From the NCBI GenBank assembly GCA_964641255.1, contig CAZXMM010000001.1, positions 601,984 to 665,983 on the forward strand: 64,000 bases of DNA, in the 5' to 3' direction. The translations under genes were made by a program, and so were the position numbers. The DNA comes from an uncultured Gammaproteobacteria bacterium (GTDB lineage Bacteria; Patescibacteriota; Microgenomatia; JAMCZE01). Below the pieces are notes generated by a model that saw nothing but the letters and a program-made list of their open reading frames with translations, searched no databases and had not been told where the DNA came from. Positions 9,901-18,927 of the stretch are shown here, piece by piece; the stretch's first letter is position 1; the number at the start of each line of letters is the position of its first letter.

Positions 9901-10767
9901 ATGGCTAATCTAGCTGAACAACCATCACAAAGAGAATGGGGAGTCGACCCCATGAAGGGAGTAAGGATTGCTGCTCATGCAGCGGCCGGTTTGATCCTGG
10001 GGGCAGCGGTACCCGCCGCTCTCTACGGGCTCTATAGGCTAGCTGGGGGAGAAGACGGTGACATCGCTCCCATACTTCACCATGCGGCAGAAACCATTAC
10101 CAATCCGGATACGCCGTTTATTCTTGGGGTTGGAGTAGGTGTAGCTAAAAACGCTGCTCTCATGGGATTAGTTCTTCACCACCTTTCTGCACCTGGCAAA
10201 GTAGCAGAAGGGAGCCTAAAACCCAATGAAGAAAAGCCTGACGGTACCAGGGTTTTTTACCTGCAGTGTGGGGACAGAAGAAGAAAAAGTAAAGATGGGG
10301 GGGTGGTCTTTGGCGGTTACGGACCCCTAGGGGCAGGCTTTAATGGGGTCTTACTAGGTCTAGCGGCTGACCATTTGGGTCAAGATACGCCAATTGGAAG
10401 ATTTTTGACTGGTTATTTCATGGCAGGAAATGCTTTATCTTTTTTACTGGGGCAGACTACCATGATTCAACAAATACTCGCTATTGACCGGGCTAATCCT
10501 GGGGAAAAATTACAATTTGTTATGAAAATTCATCGGGACGGTTGTGGCGCTGAAACTTGGACAGGACTTCTCAACTACGCACTTAAATGGTTGGGACATC
10601 ACGATACAGCCGCTGACGCTCTTGCCCTGCCCAATGAAGCGACAGGGTATGGGTATGTTAATGCAGTGCTGGGGCCACTAGTTTCTCAGCTAGGGACAAT
10701 GCTCGGGCGAAACTGGGAGCTGTCCGCAAGTATAGAACCCTCCCAAGTAGGACCGCCGAGAAAATAG
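9901..10767 (+). CDS. Membrane protein with carbonic-anhydrase-like CxDxR / HxxxC motifs
   Basis: LQCGDRR and IHRDGCGA plus hydrophobic segments. Confidence 0.45.
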   Translation: MANLAEQPSQREWGVDPMKGVRIAAHAAAGLILGAAVPAALYGLYRLAGGEDGDIAPILHHAAETITNPDTPFILGVGVGVAKNAALMGLVLHHLSAPGKVAEGSLKPNEEKPDGTRVFYLQCGDRRRKSKDGGVVFGGYGPLGAGFNGVLLGLAADHLGQDTPIGRFLTGYFMAGNALSFLLGQTTMIQQILAIDRANPGEKLQFVMKIHRDGCGAETWTGLLNYALKWLGHHDTAADALALPNEATGYGYVNAVLGPLVSQLGTMLGRNWELSASIEPSQVGPPRK

Positions 10768-10813
10768 ATTGCCACAAGTTTGACTATTAAACTTAGTGAG
10801 CCTATAATAAAGC

Positions 10814-11425
10814 ATGGCAAGTGAACTCCCGTATGCAAGGTATACTAACAATCTAGAACTCAGAGAGGTTGGGAACATTTACTTTGGAAAAGAATTTATT
10901 ACTTCTGACGATCTTCGACAAGATAGGGAGGCGTGGGGCGGTCTCAATGCTTTGTGCCATCTCTGGGATAAGCCCAGTTACACGCCTTTGCCTGGATATA
11001 ATTTGAGACCAGTCAAGCCGCCACTTGAGAGGCTGAGAGGACTTCTTTTGCGAAGAAGGGCGCCAGAGCACGCAACCCTTTCAGACGCAGCTGTTTTACG
11101 AATGCTTCTTTTTGGATACGTTCCAGTTACCCTTATTGGAGAAGGCGAAGATTGCTCTCTAATTGCGAGCTTGACAAAATATTCTCTCCCTAATGAGGCC
11201 AGAGAGGTTTACGGACTACACTTAAGACCCAAAAAGGGGAAGCTAACAATTGTCCCACCCCAAGTGCGAACGCAACGAACAGTAGCGGTAGATAGGTACA
11301 TAGAAGGTTCTAGTGGCATTGATATGGTAACGGGTAAAGGTACATTACGAATGCGAATAGATTTTACTCCAGGCGGACCAAGGCGAATTTTCAAGGCACC
11401 TGAGGCATACTTTCGAAGAAATTAA
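10814..11425 (+). CDS. Hypothetical protein
   Basis: 203 aa ORF, TATAAT just upstream of the ATG. Confidence 0.65.
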   Translation: MASELPYARYTNNLELREVGNIYFGKEFITSDDLRQDREAWGGLNALCHLWDKPSYTPLPGYNLRPVKPPLERLRGLLLRRRAPEHATLSDAAVLRMLLFGYVPVTLIGEGEDCSLIASLTKYSLPNEAREVYGLHLRPKKGKLTIVPPQVRTQRTVAVDRYIEGSSGIDMVTGKGTLRMRIDFTPGGPRRIFKAPEAYFRRN

Positions 11426-11513
11426 CTCCACCCTTAATTTTCGGTATAAACTTTGGCTTAAAAGAAGCCCAAGCACATAAGGTAACTTAAAGTGGGTCAC
11501 ACCATAAAGATTT

Positions 11514-12137
11514 ATGGGACTTACGGAAAGGGATATTCGAGAATTTCAGAGACGAGAGGATTCTGCATGGTGACCAAAGAGACTGGAAGCTAAATTATAT
11601 ACTGAACTACTGCATGTTTGCGACCTCGCACGTGTAGACCCACAGGGTAAAACGGCACTAGATGTGGGGTGTTCAGAAGCAAACTTTTACCCCTATTGGC
11701 AAGCCATTGGTGGCGATCGCTACATTGGCATTGATGTTAGCAAGCCAGATATCAGAGTAGCGGCTACCAGGTATCCTGAGGGGCAATTTGTTAATGGTGA
11801 ATTTTTAACTTCCACTATTGGGGATTCCGTTGACTTTGTATTTCTAAGTGGCGTAGCCTGGTCAAGAGTTGAAAACTATAGTCCTAACGAATATCTTCTG
11901 CTTCTATTAGGAAAGGCCGCGTCAATTGCTAATGCAGGAATAGCGTTTAACTATTCCGTTGGAGCAGATAGTAAACGGATTCCTAGCTACAAGTCAGCGG
12001 ATGTATCTAAAATTTGTCGATTAGCTGCACCGCAGTGGAAATCAACCAAAAGAAGCCTAGGCTTTAGGACGAATATTGAAACAGCTTATCTTTTTAAGCC
12101 CACTAGGTCTCGGATTTTTACCCTGCCAGCTTTTTAA
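11514..12137 (+). pseudogene. Class I SAM-dependent methyltransferase with in-frame TGA at 11571
   Basis: ATG 11514 is in frame with ALDVGC, YIGIDVS and VDFVFLSG motifs; the track ORF starts inside motif I. Confidence 0.65.
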
Positions 12138-12179
12138 AAAGGTCAGCCGCTGCACTTCAAAGTAGTCTGTACCAACCCC

Positions 12180-12212
12180 AGTTTTACTTCAACATATATC
12201 TTATAGTAGAAT
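12180..12212 (+). repeat. Cassette repeat R1 (3' part only)
   Basis: AGTTTTACTTCAACATATATCTTATAGTAGAAT, encoding ...SFTSTYIL*; ATG follows at 12218. Confidence 0.75.
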
Positions 12213-12217
12213 AACTA

Positions 12218-12586
12218 ATGGGCAAATTGGAGAATCCTGTCTGCCAGCCATGTCAGATCTTCGAAAGATGTAAAATCCGCAATCCAAAAGTTGCCAAGTG
12301 GGGATATGAACCTGCTATCTGGGACGACTGCGCTTATTTTACTTGTCTGCCTGCTTTGAGACACGCAGGGAAAGAATTAAATTCCGGGCGGCCCTTTAGA
12401 AGGTACAGCCTTTCCAACGGCAACACAATATTAGCCCTTAGTTTCGATACTCCCGATAAAGAAACTCGTCTCTTTTTCCAAGAAAAGTTGTTTCTCGCGA
12501 TGGAACAATTTATGGAGAAACAGGGAGGGGTTTTGAAAAAACAGGGCAGAAAACTTTTCCTCAATAAAGTGCACCCGGATCGATGA
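12218..12586 (+). CDS. Hypothetical cassette protein (Cys-rich N-terminus)
   Basis: 122 aa ORF starting 5 nt after the -10 box of R1. Confidence 0.65.
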   Translation: MGKLENPVCQPCQIFERCKIRNPKVAKWGYEPAIWDDCAYFTCLPALRHAGKELNSGRPFRRYSLSNGNTILALSFDTPDKETRLFFQEKLFLAMEQFMEKQGGVLKKQGRKLFLNKVHPDR

Positions 12587-12599
12587 ATCAGAGCTAGAA

Positions 12600-12896
12600 T
12601 TATTGCCTCACAGATAGAGAAAAAATTATCCTAGGATTGGGAAGTTTGCCGTGGAACTCCAAATCAGCAACCTCTCTACCTTCTCCATCTCGCACAGCAT
12701 ATAGTGGATGGCCGCCGTAGGGTTTGCCATCAGCTGTGACTTGGATTGCTGTATCTAAATGATGCTTGGCAACATTTACCACATGTTGGCTACTGGCATC
12801 GGTTACTATCTGACGAAGAGTACTAGGAACTGCTTCAAAATACGTGTTAAAAACACAGTCTCTATGGCTTTCGCATGTAATGCTGTATCTCGACAT
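12600..12896 (-). CDS. Hypothetical protein
   Basis: 98 aa ORF convergent with 12218-12586. Confidence 0.55.
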   Translation of the reverse strand: MSRYSITCESHRDCVFNTYFEAVPSTLRQIVTDASSQHVVNVAKHHLDTAIQVTADGKPYGGHPLYAVRDGEGREVADLEFHGKLPNPRIIFSLSVRQ

Positions 12897-13233
12897 ATAT
12901 CCAAATTATATCTTTTTTATGAAGGAAATAAAGTATTATAGGTTGAGTTCTTTAGTTATTAGGAATTTTAGTTTTAGTAGCTTCAACGAAGAGTCAGATA
13001 AGGCTAATTTTGCGACGGAATGTACCTGTCCGGTTAAACAGAAGTTAATGAATTAAGTCTATCTCCACGTCTTGGGATCACGCTGGTTTCGTGGTCTCGT
13101 ATCTCTCCAGTCCGGATACACGCGACCGGATATAGCGCCTAACAGAAAAGTAATGACCATTCGTACAATTCTTGCCCTGACGCTTTCTTCACCCCACACC
13201 GGTAATTTGCCTTTTCTTGCCATACTCATTCAT

Positions 13234-13289
13234 TTTGCACATCTGGAGCGAGGAATCTTGAACATCTGGAACCGCTTAGTGAATCGATA
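13234..13289 (+). repeat. Cassette repeat R2 (degenerate)
   Basis: TTTGCACATCTGGAGCGAGGAATCTTGAACATCTG; one extra base in the core; peptide GARNLEHLEPLSESIISP is cut by an early stop just beyond this span. Confidence 0.8.
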
Positions 13290-13438
13290 ATTTCACCATA
13301 GAATTTAACTAAATTCGACCAAAAGCCTTTCTGCCAAACATACGTATTATATTTTCTAGTAATTCAATTTTCCTCATTGGTCGTTCTCTGTACTTCATTA
13401 TCTTGTTATTGAACTTAACTTTCTGTTAAGCTGCTAAT

Positions 13439-14227
13439 ATGGTGGATCAAGGCGACTCTTCAAAAAAAATCAATCTGGAGGGGGGAAAAGATGATGAAAC
13501 GTGGGATCAAAACATGTTTCGTGAATACCAGATTGCTTTAGCCGGCGGACGTAAGTTTCTTCTTCCTCTACGTGAATATCCAGGTTTTATTGCCCCAAGT
13601 GAAGAAGGTTATCATTCCTTTATGGATCAAATGCGAGTAGAAAGCGAAAGGGGGGAGCAACTAAATATGACTGGTGTAGATTCTCAGCAACGAAAAGCGC
13701 TTATGAGATCGATTGCCATCCCTGGGGATGTGGACCATGTCTCAGTGGATATCATTCGCAAGGCAATTCAGGAGGCTCGTGATACGGGGAATGTTGATCA
13801 AATCGTGGCAATATACCACTCCCACCCGAGACAACTTCCTTTTCTATGGAGTACTTTGCCGGAGCTTTCAGAATCACGCTCGGCTTATTCGCCGGGGGAT
13901 TTATACTCACTAGTTAATCGAGTTGATTCTTTAGCAATGGCTGGACTAGTAGAGGGAGCTGATAACCTATTGGTATTCAAATCTAGAGAAACAGTCGCAA
14001 CAGAGGTTGACCCATTAATTACGGACTTCGACGCCTTTGAGAGGCACTGGTTTGAAACATATGGCTACGAATATTTAGGATCAGCCTCCAAACTCCATTC
14101 GAAACGAGCTCGGGCCTGGTCTAAAAACGCTGATTTATGGCAAATGAACCTTGGAATCGCAGCTAGACATCGATTAGTCGTGTATAGGGGTTTCAGTAGA
14201 CAAAACCTAGAAAGAGTTTTTCCCTAA
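13439..14227 (+). CDS. Cassette protein with JAB/MPN-like motif
   Basis: AIYHSHP...YSPGD. Confidence 0.55.
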   Translation: MVDQGDSSKKINLEGGKDDETWDQNMFREYQIALAGGRKFLLPLREYPGFIAPSEEGYHSFMDQMRVESERGEQLNMTGVDSQQRKALMRSIAIPGDVDHVSVDIIRKAIQEARDTGNVDQIVAIYHSHPRQLPFLWSTLPELSESRSAYSPGDLYSLVNRVDSLAMAGLVEGADNLLVFKSRETVATEVDPLITDFDAFERHWFETYGYEYLGSASKLHSKRARAWSKNADLWQMNLGIAARHRLVVYRGFSRQNLERVFP

Positions 14228-14243
14228 AGCTAACTAGAAAAAA

Positions 14244-14366
14244 TATGCAACCGGAGCAGGGAACCTTGAACTTCTGGCAGAACTCATTGTTTTAAGCACA
14301 ACTTCTTTCAAATTAGCTTCAATTAGTGAACTGGGGTTTGCTTCGAGGTGTGTCTTATAGTATTAT
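14244..14366 (+). repeat. Cassette repeat R3
   Basis: TATGCAACCGGAGCAGGGAACCTTGAACTT...TCTTATAGTATTAT; open frame YATGAGNLELLAELIVLSTTSFKLASISELGFASRCVL*. Confidence 0.9.
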
Positions 14367-14385
14367 AGCGATACTAATACATCCT

Positions 14386-14610
14386 ATGAAACTTTTAGAG
14401 CAATTATTGGGAAGAGCCCCAGAACAAATCGAGATAGCGGGACATATTGCTGACTCTATATCAGCCCAGCAACAATTACAAAGAATTGCGAGAGAGGATG
14501 GTGATGTCGAATTACTACTTCAATCTACTTAGCGTATTCAAGATTTAAAACGGCAAGCTCGGGAGGAGGGATTGGATCCAGAAGATTTTCCCGGCATTTA
14601 TAAAACATAA
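14386..14610 (+). pseudogene. Small cassette gene with in-frame TAG at 14530
   Basis: MKLLEQ...LLLQST*RIQDLKRQAREEGLDPEDFPGIYKT*; frame ends about 10 nt before R4. Confidence 0.6.
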
Positions 14611-14619
14611 GCTGCCTAA

Positions 14620-14755
14620 TTGTGCACCTGGAGCGAAGAGTCTTGAACTTCTAAAACCACTACTTGAAACAATAATTCCAAGCATGGATTCGCCAAGATT
14701 CCATCTAGAAACTTTTCCAACACCAAGAATCGAGGCTATTGATTACATTTCTTGA
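14620..14755 (+). repeat. Cassette repeat R4
   Basis: TTGTGCACCTGGAGCGAAGAGTCTTGAACTT; open frame CAPGAKSLELLKPLLETII...IDYIS*; no -10 box. Confidence 0.9.
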
Positions 14756-14814
14756 AGACTTGTCGAGTAATCTCCCAGCAAGAGTTGTCTCCGGTTTTTA
14801 ACTTAGTAATGCTC

Positions 14815-15189
14815 TTACTTCTTCAATACTTTAACTCTTCTTCCCCTAATTGCGCAGGCTTGACCCAGGTTGCATCCATTCGTTCTACAAAATTCGTCGA
14901 CCGCCTCGTCCACAACACGCGCTAATTTTTGGGTAGTTTCTGGATATGCATTTAATTCAAGTACGGCGGGCTTGAGGTCGATACTAGTAGCTGCAAAAAT
15001 AAGTTTTGGCTCCGAAGAGTCCGGCTCATTGTCATTTACAAGCTCAAAATTTATTGGCGTTATTGTTAAATACTCGGTACCCGTGAGACAAAAGGCTGAA
15101 AAGGGTTCATCCGCAATTTGAATATGCTCAGTATGATAAGAACCTTCATCTTACTGTTGCAATGCTTGAGTGTCCAATTCCTTTGCCAT
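14815..15189 (-). pseudogene. Hypothetical gene with in-frame TAA at 15151-15153
   Basis: MAKELDTQALQQ*DEGSYHTEHIQIADEPFSAF...RVKVLKK* in one continuous frame. Confidence 0.5.
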
Positions 15190-15633
15190 TCCTAGTTATA
15201 CCATGGGGGCTACTCTTGGTAGTATTACGGGCGGGTTCCATACACTCGATGTTGACTTACGCAACCAAGAGATTGATTTTTTAAGTAAGGCCCAAATTGC
15301 TATAATTGCGTATGACTTGGAAAGACGGGTTGCAAATAATCGGAGAGGTGAAAGAAGTTTGCAATTATGGAGGACCACTACTTTCGCCACTAGATGAGGA
15401 GGGCAGAAAAGCCCCAAGGGACGATGCTTCTAGTACTATCTTTTGTATGCCTAAGCTATTCGCAGCGGTACAGTCACGTGACACGCGTTGCTTTCTGCTA
15501 GCTGGCGGTGTGTGCCCTCGTGGATACCTAGAAAAAAATTTTCCATTAGAACTTCGAAGCCGCCTCACGAAGGAGCGTTAATTTATGGACCCGCAGAAAA
15601 AACAAGAAGCCTGCTTTATAAAGCTAAAAACAC

Positions 15634-15753
15634 TGTGCACCTGGAGCGATGAGTCTTGAACTTCTAGTTGAGAGCATAGTGCTAAACACAATTATCTTCG
15701 ATTTACCTTCAAACAAGCAGAATTTTACTTCAAGATATATCTTATAGTATAAT
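15634..15753 (+). repeat. Cassette repeat R5
   Basis: Open frame CAPGAMSLELLVESIVLNTIIFDLPSNKQNFTSRYIL* followed by TATAAT (15748-15753); ATG 15759. Confidence 0.95.
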
Positions 15754-15758
15754 GAGGG

Positions 15759-16262
15759 ATGGGGTATTCGGACGCAGAAAGATGCAGAATTCAATTGGAG
15801 AAAAGTAGTGCCCGCTCTCGGCTCACCATATGCTCTCCATATGCTACGGATTGTATTTTGCCCTTCTCACTTACAGATGAGGCTACAAATGACTGGTACT
15901 TTGCTGCATATATGGGTTATGGCACTTTGACCCATCACATCCTGAGTGATTTAGCTCATAAAAGTCTAATTGACTATATAAGGCATAAACATCCATCAGG
16001 AGATCTTAAAAAAGTAGTAGAAACAGTCCACAGTCGAATAAATCAAGCAGAAATTGGAGTGATCTTTACAGAACAACATAGTGCTCAATATGACCATGCA
16101 TTTTCTGTGAAGAAATCGTTAAAAGGAGGCTTACTACTTTTCGATTTACATCAACCGGTACCTCAAAACGTTACTTTGAGCGATATTGTTGCCAGAGTTG
16201 TTAATAGAGGCAGCCCAAATCGGGACATGTTTGTAGTTAATAAAGGGAAAAGGCTACGCTAA
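15759..16262 (+). CDS. Hypothetical cassette protein
   Basis: 167 aa ORF filling the space between R5 and R6. Confidence 0.75.
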   Translation: MGYSDAERCRIQLEKSSARSRLTICSPYATDCILPFSLTDEATNDWYFAAYMGYGTLTHHILSDLAHKSLIDYIRHKHPSGDLKKVVETVHSRINQAEIGVIFTEQHSAQYDHAFSVKKSLKGGLLLFDLHQPVPQNVTLSDIVARVVNRGSPNRDMFVVNKGKRLR

Positions 16263-16283
16263 AATAAAGTAACAACTTTTTAA

Positions 16284-16413
16284 TTGTGCACCCGGAGCGA
16301 TTAGTCTTGAACTACTGAAATCGCTTGCGGAATCAGTACTTTTAAAGTGGAAAGTTCCTACGTTTAGCTTAGAATGCAGTGAGTTTGCTTCAAGATATGT
16401 CTTATAGTATAAT
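16284..16413 (+). repeat. Cassette repeat R6
   Basis: Open frame CAPGAISLELLKSLAESVLLKWKVPTFSLECSEFASRYVL* followed by TATAAT (16408-16413); ATG 16420. Confidence 0.95.
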
Positions 16414-16419
16414 GGGGTT

Positions 16420-16779
16420 ATGGATGAAACTTATAAACCATGGGTAGTCTCATTTAGCGCAGACGGAATCTGTACACGAAAGGGCATATGCAAGTTGGCT
16501 GATATAGGAAGATGTAAATTTGGTACTAGGAGAGGAGCGCCTGTTCGAGGTAGTGCAGCAGCTGAAACTGCCGAAGTAGCCAGGGTATTTGCAGACGCCG
16601 ACTTACTAATAGACATTAAAACCGCTGAAGCTGAGCAACAAGAAATGTTTCCACGCTCAATTAAAAACGGGGAAGCCATTAGATGTGATATTCGGCCTCA
16701 CAATGTTGGATCATTGATGCAAAATACTGCAACGGGTGATAGGTACGCGTTGATTAAAGGGCGCTACACTAGAATATAG
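16420..16779 (+). CDS. Hypothetical cassette protein
   Basis: 119 aa ORF filling the space between R6 and R7. Confidence 0.75.
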   Translation: MDETYKPWVVSFSADGICTRKGICKLADIGRCKFGTRRGAPVRGSAAAETAEVARVFADADLLIDIKTAEAEQQEMFPRSIKNGEAIRCDIRPHNVGSLMQNTATGDRYALIKGRYTRI

Positions 16780-16796
16780 GTAGCAAAAAAGTTTGT

Positions 16797-16919
16797 TTGT
16801 GCACCTGGAGCGAGGAATCTTGAACTGCTTGCGGAGAATATAATACTAAGCACGATTTTTTTAAATTAGCTTCACCAATGAATCAGAATTTAGCCTTGCA
16901 TTATATCTTATAGTATAAT
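16797..16919 (+). repeat. Cassette repeat R7
   Basis: CAPGARNLELLAENIILSTIF, then a -1 slip in a T7 run, then KLASPMNQNLALHYIL*; TATAAT 16914-16919; ATG 16925. Confidence 0.95.
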
Positions 16920-16924
16920 GCGGC

Positions 16925-17635
16925 ATGATAAACAGATCGCTGGAAATTGGTGTAGGAGGTTCCAATCATCTAGATATTTATGCTCAAGGAAAGGGACGTA
17001 AAGTCTTTGGAATTGATATACGTCAAGATGTAGCTGAAAGAAGAAAAAAAGATACTCCCAATGGGGTCTTCATTGTAGCTGATGCTCATAATTTACCTTT
17101 TGCTAGTGGCATATTTGATGAAGCTTTCGCAACAAACTCACTGGAGCATGTAGATAATCCTGGTCAAGTATTAAGGGAAGCACATCGAACTTTAAAGCAC
17201 AAAGGAAGAATCACTATAGACGTACCACATCCTCGCTATGATCGTGTAATGGGCTGGCTAGCAAACAAGGATGGTGCTTACCATAGAGAAACTCACAAAC
17301 AAGTTTTTAAACCACAAGAAATTTTCAATATCACACAAGAGGCTGGATTTAAAGTTACTGAGTTTTCTACCAGAATGTGGAAATCTGCTGTTAAGCTAAC
17401 TACACGGTGGCTCGTAGCACGTGCTCTTGGAAAACTTGATTATGATCCAGACACAGGAGAGCTGCTTTCCTTGCCTCCTGAAAGAAAAGGGATTGTTAGA
17501 CGAGAAGTAGACCGACTATTATGGTTATCCGAAAACAAGTCGGCTTCGCCTAAGAGGTACTATTTACTCTCACTCCTGCGATTACCAAATCTCATTTACC
17601 CTTGGGCAACTTATATTGAAGCTATTAAAGAATAG
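16925..17635 (+). CDS. Class I SAM-dependent methyltransferase (cassette)
   Basis: LEIGVGG, GIDI, DAHNLPF...FD and LEHV motifs. Confidence 0.88.
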   Translation: MINRSLEIGVGGSNHLDIYAQGKGRKVFGIDIRQDVAERRKKDTPNGVFIVADAHNLPFASGIFDEAFATNSLEHVDNPGQVLREAHRTLKHKGRITIDVPHPRYDRVMGWLANKDGAYHRETHKQVFKPQEIFNITQEAGFKVTEFSTRMWKSAVKLTTRWLVARALGKLDYDPDTGELLSLPPERKGIVRREVDRLLWLSENKSASPKRYYLLSLLRLPNLIYPWATYIEAIKE

Positions 17636-17638
17636 TTT

Positions 17639-18118
17639 ATGAGGGCAAAAGATAAACCTACATTACTGGACCGAGAACTTGGTTTAGCAAAAAGAAGTTT
17701 AAAACGTATAAGCGCTACACCCATAGAAAAAAATGGCATTCCCTCGCTTATGTATAAAGCAGGCATTTTAATAGCGCAAAGACAAATTGAACAAGGGGGA
17801 CTGACGGCTGCCCGCATAGCTATTTCACGAAGAATTGTGAGAGAAAGAAGTTTATTAGATAATATGGCAATACAAAACCTTACTGAAGCATTAATACGAC
17901 CCATTAACAAACAGCATGCTGCCTTTTATTACGGAGTAGATGTGCTTTTATACCTAGAAGAGCTAGAACGAAAGTGGGAGAAATATGCTGACCGTCGTGA
18001 CTGGGATGAAAGGATGGAAGTAAGACGGGAGGTTGAGTTTTATTTAACAGGTGATCAAAACGCAGTGGGAAATAAAGATCCACGAGGTAGATTAGTTGAG
18101 ATGCTTGAAGAAGCCTAA
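17639..18118 (+). CDS. Hypothetical cassette protein
   Basis: 159 aa ORF 3 nt after the methyltransferase stop. Confidence 0.7.
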   Translation: MRAKDKPTLLDRELGLAKRSLKRISATPIEKNGIPSLMYKAGILIAQRQIEQGGLTAARIAISRRIVRERSLLDNMAIQNLTEALIRPINKQHAAFYYGVDVLLYLEELERKWEKYADRRDWDERMEVRREVEFYLTGDQNAVGNKDPRGRLVEMLEEA

Positions 18119-18190
18119 GGAGAACTGTGGCCGTTTGAAAGTGGGCACAGGAAAAGTTTACTCGCTATATAAACCATCCGGAAGCTAATA

Positions 18191-18323
18191 TTGTGCACCT
18201 GGAGCGAACAGTCTTGAACTTCTCAAATCATCGGCTGAAGCAATAACTTCGAGCGCAACTTCATTTGAATTAGCTTCGGATTTTTCGAAAAGTTTTGATT
18301 TGGAGTATATCTTATAGTATAAT
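18191..18323 (+). repeat. Cassette repeat R8
   Basis: Open frame CAPGANSLELLKSSAEAITSSATSFELASDFSKSFDLEYIL* followed by TATAAT (18318-18323); GTG 18330. Confidence 0.95.
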
Positions 18324-18329
18324 GACCTT

Positions 18330-18707
18330 GTGTCTGAGCTCTCAAAATATGCCGATTTGATGCTAAGAAAGGTTCTTGTTACCTCTGAGGTTACAAAACA
18401 GACTTTTCCAGGTACTGACATGGCTCTTATCGGTTCTCTCGCTCGTTATCTCGCCGGTATAGTAATTCCAAATAAAAATGAATTTAGCTTAAGCTCTGAC
18501 GCTGACTTGGCGGTATGCTTTCCTTTCGACATATATCCTTTCACCGAATTTACGTTGGAAGACTTACTACGAGCTAAAATGAAAAACCGGAGAGTTACTA
18601 TGGGGGGCGAGAAAGGTCAAGTACAATTTGCCGCTGTGTCTGCATTAAATAAGCCAATGCCAAGATGGGCCCTAAAGGAAATAAAAATGTATGGTAAGAA
18701 AATTTAA
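18330..18707 (+). CDS. Minimal nucleotidyltransferase-like cassette protein
   Basis: LIGSLAR...SDADLAV resembles the GS...DxD motif. Confidence 0.55.
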   Translation: MSELSKYADLMLRKVLVTSEVTKQTFPGTDMALIGSLARYLAGIVIPNKNEFSLSSDADLAVCFPFDIYPFTEFTLEDLLRAKMKNRRVTMGGEKGQVQFAAVSALNKPMPRWALKEIKMYGKKI

Positions 18708-18740
18708 ACCTTAATAAAAGAGATTAAAACAGTATTTACG

Positions 18741-18878
18741 TTGTGCACCTGGAGCAGAAGTCTTGAACCGCTGAGAACTCTGACAGAATCGATCATTTCA
18801 AACGGGAACAAAGCTGGTTTAGACATAGGAGCTCCTCCACTCATCCCAAATACCGTACAACCCACCTACATTTACTAA
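18741..18878 (+). repeat. Cassette repeat R9
   Basis: TTGTGCACCTGGAGCAGAAGTCTTGAACC (1-nt deletion), then LEPLRTLTESIISNG...QPTYIY*. Confidence 0.9.
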
Positions 18879-18927
18879 TACTAGCTTTGGCTTGATTTAA
18901 CAATTACTTCGCCTTATACTCACCGAA

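Noticed and set aside
14620-14650. Repeat cores as tRNA genes or fragments on the minus strand
   Set aside because: T-loop-to-end distance is 5 nt too long, no T stem pairs, and no anticodon or D arm follows.
11571-15153. Stop-codon reassignment explaining in-frame stops
   Set aside because: The three interruptions are TGA, TAG and TAA, and all three codons terminate intact genes elsewhere; decay is simpler.
15170-15581. Overlapping short ORFs before R5
   Set aside because: Probably a frameshifted cassette gene, but I cannot fix the frame or start, so it is not listed as a feature.
15654-16395. Repeats as classical integron attC sites (TCTTGAA...TTCAAGA inverted pair)
   Set aside because: The exact inverted pair is present only in R5 and R6; no RYYYAAC/GTTRRRY boxes, no extended hairpin and no tyrosine integrase in the window.
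14621-18770. Cassette tails as C-termini for LSR1 itself
   Set aside because: In the LSR1 frame most give only CTWSxxS* or shorter; synonymous conservation is in the other frame. LSR1 might still recombine these sites.
13234-18878. Repeats as a CRISPR array
   Set aside because: Spacers are 0.4-2.3 kb and contain genes; repeats diverge codon-wise; no cas genes seen.
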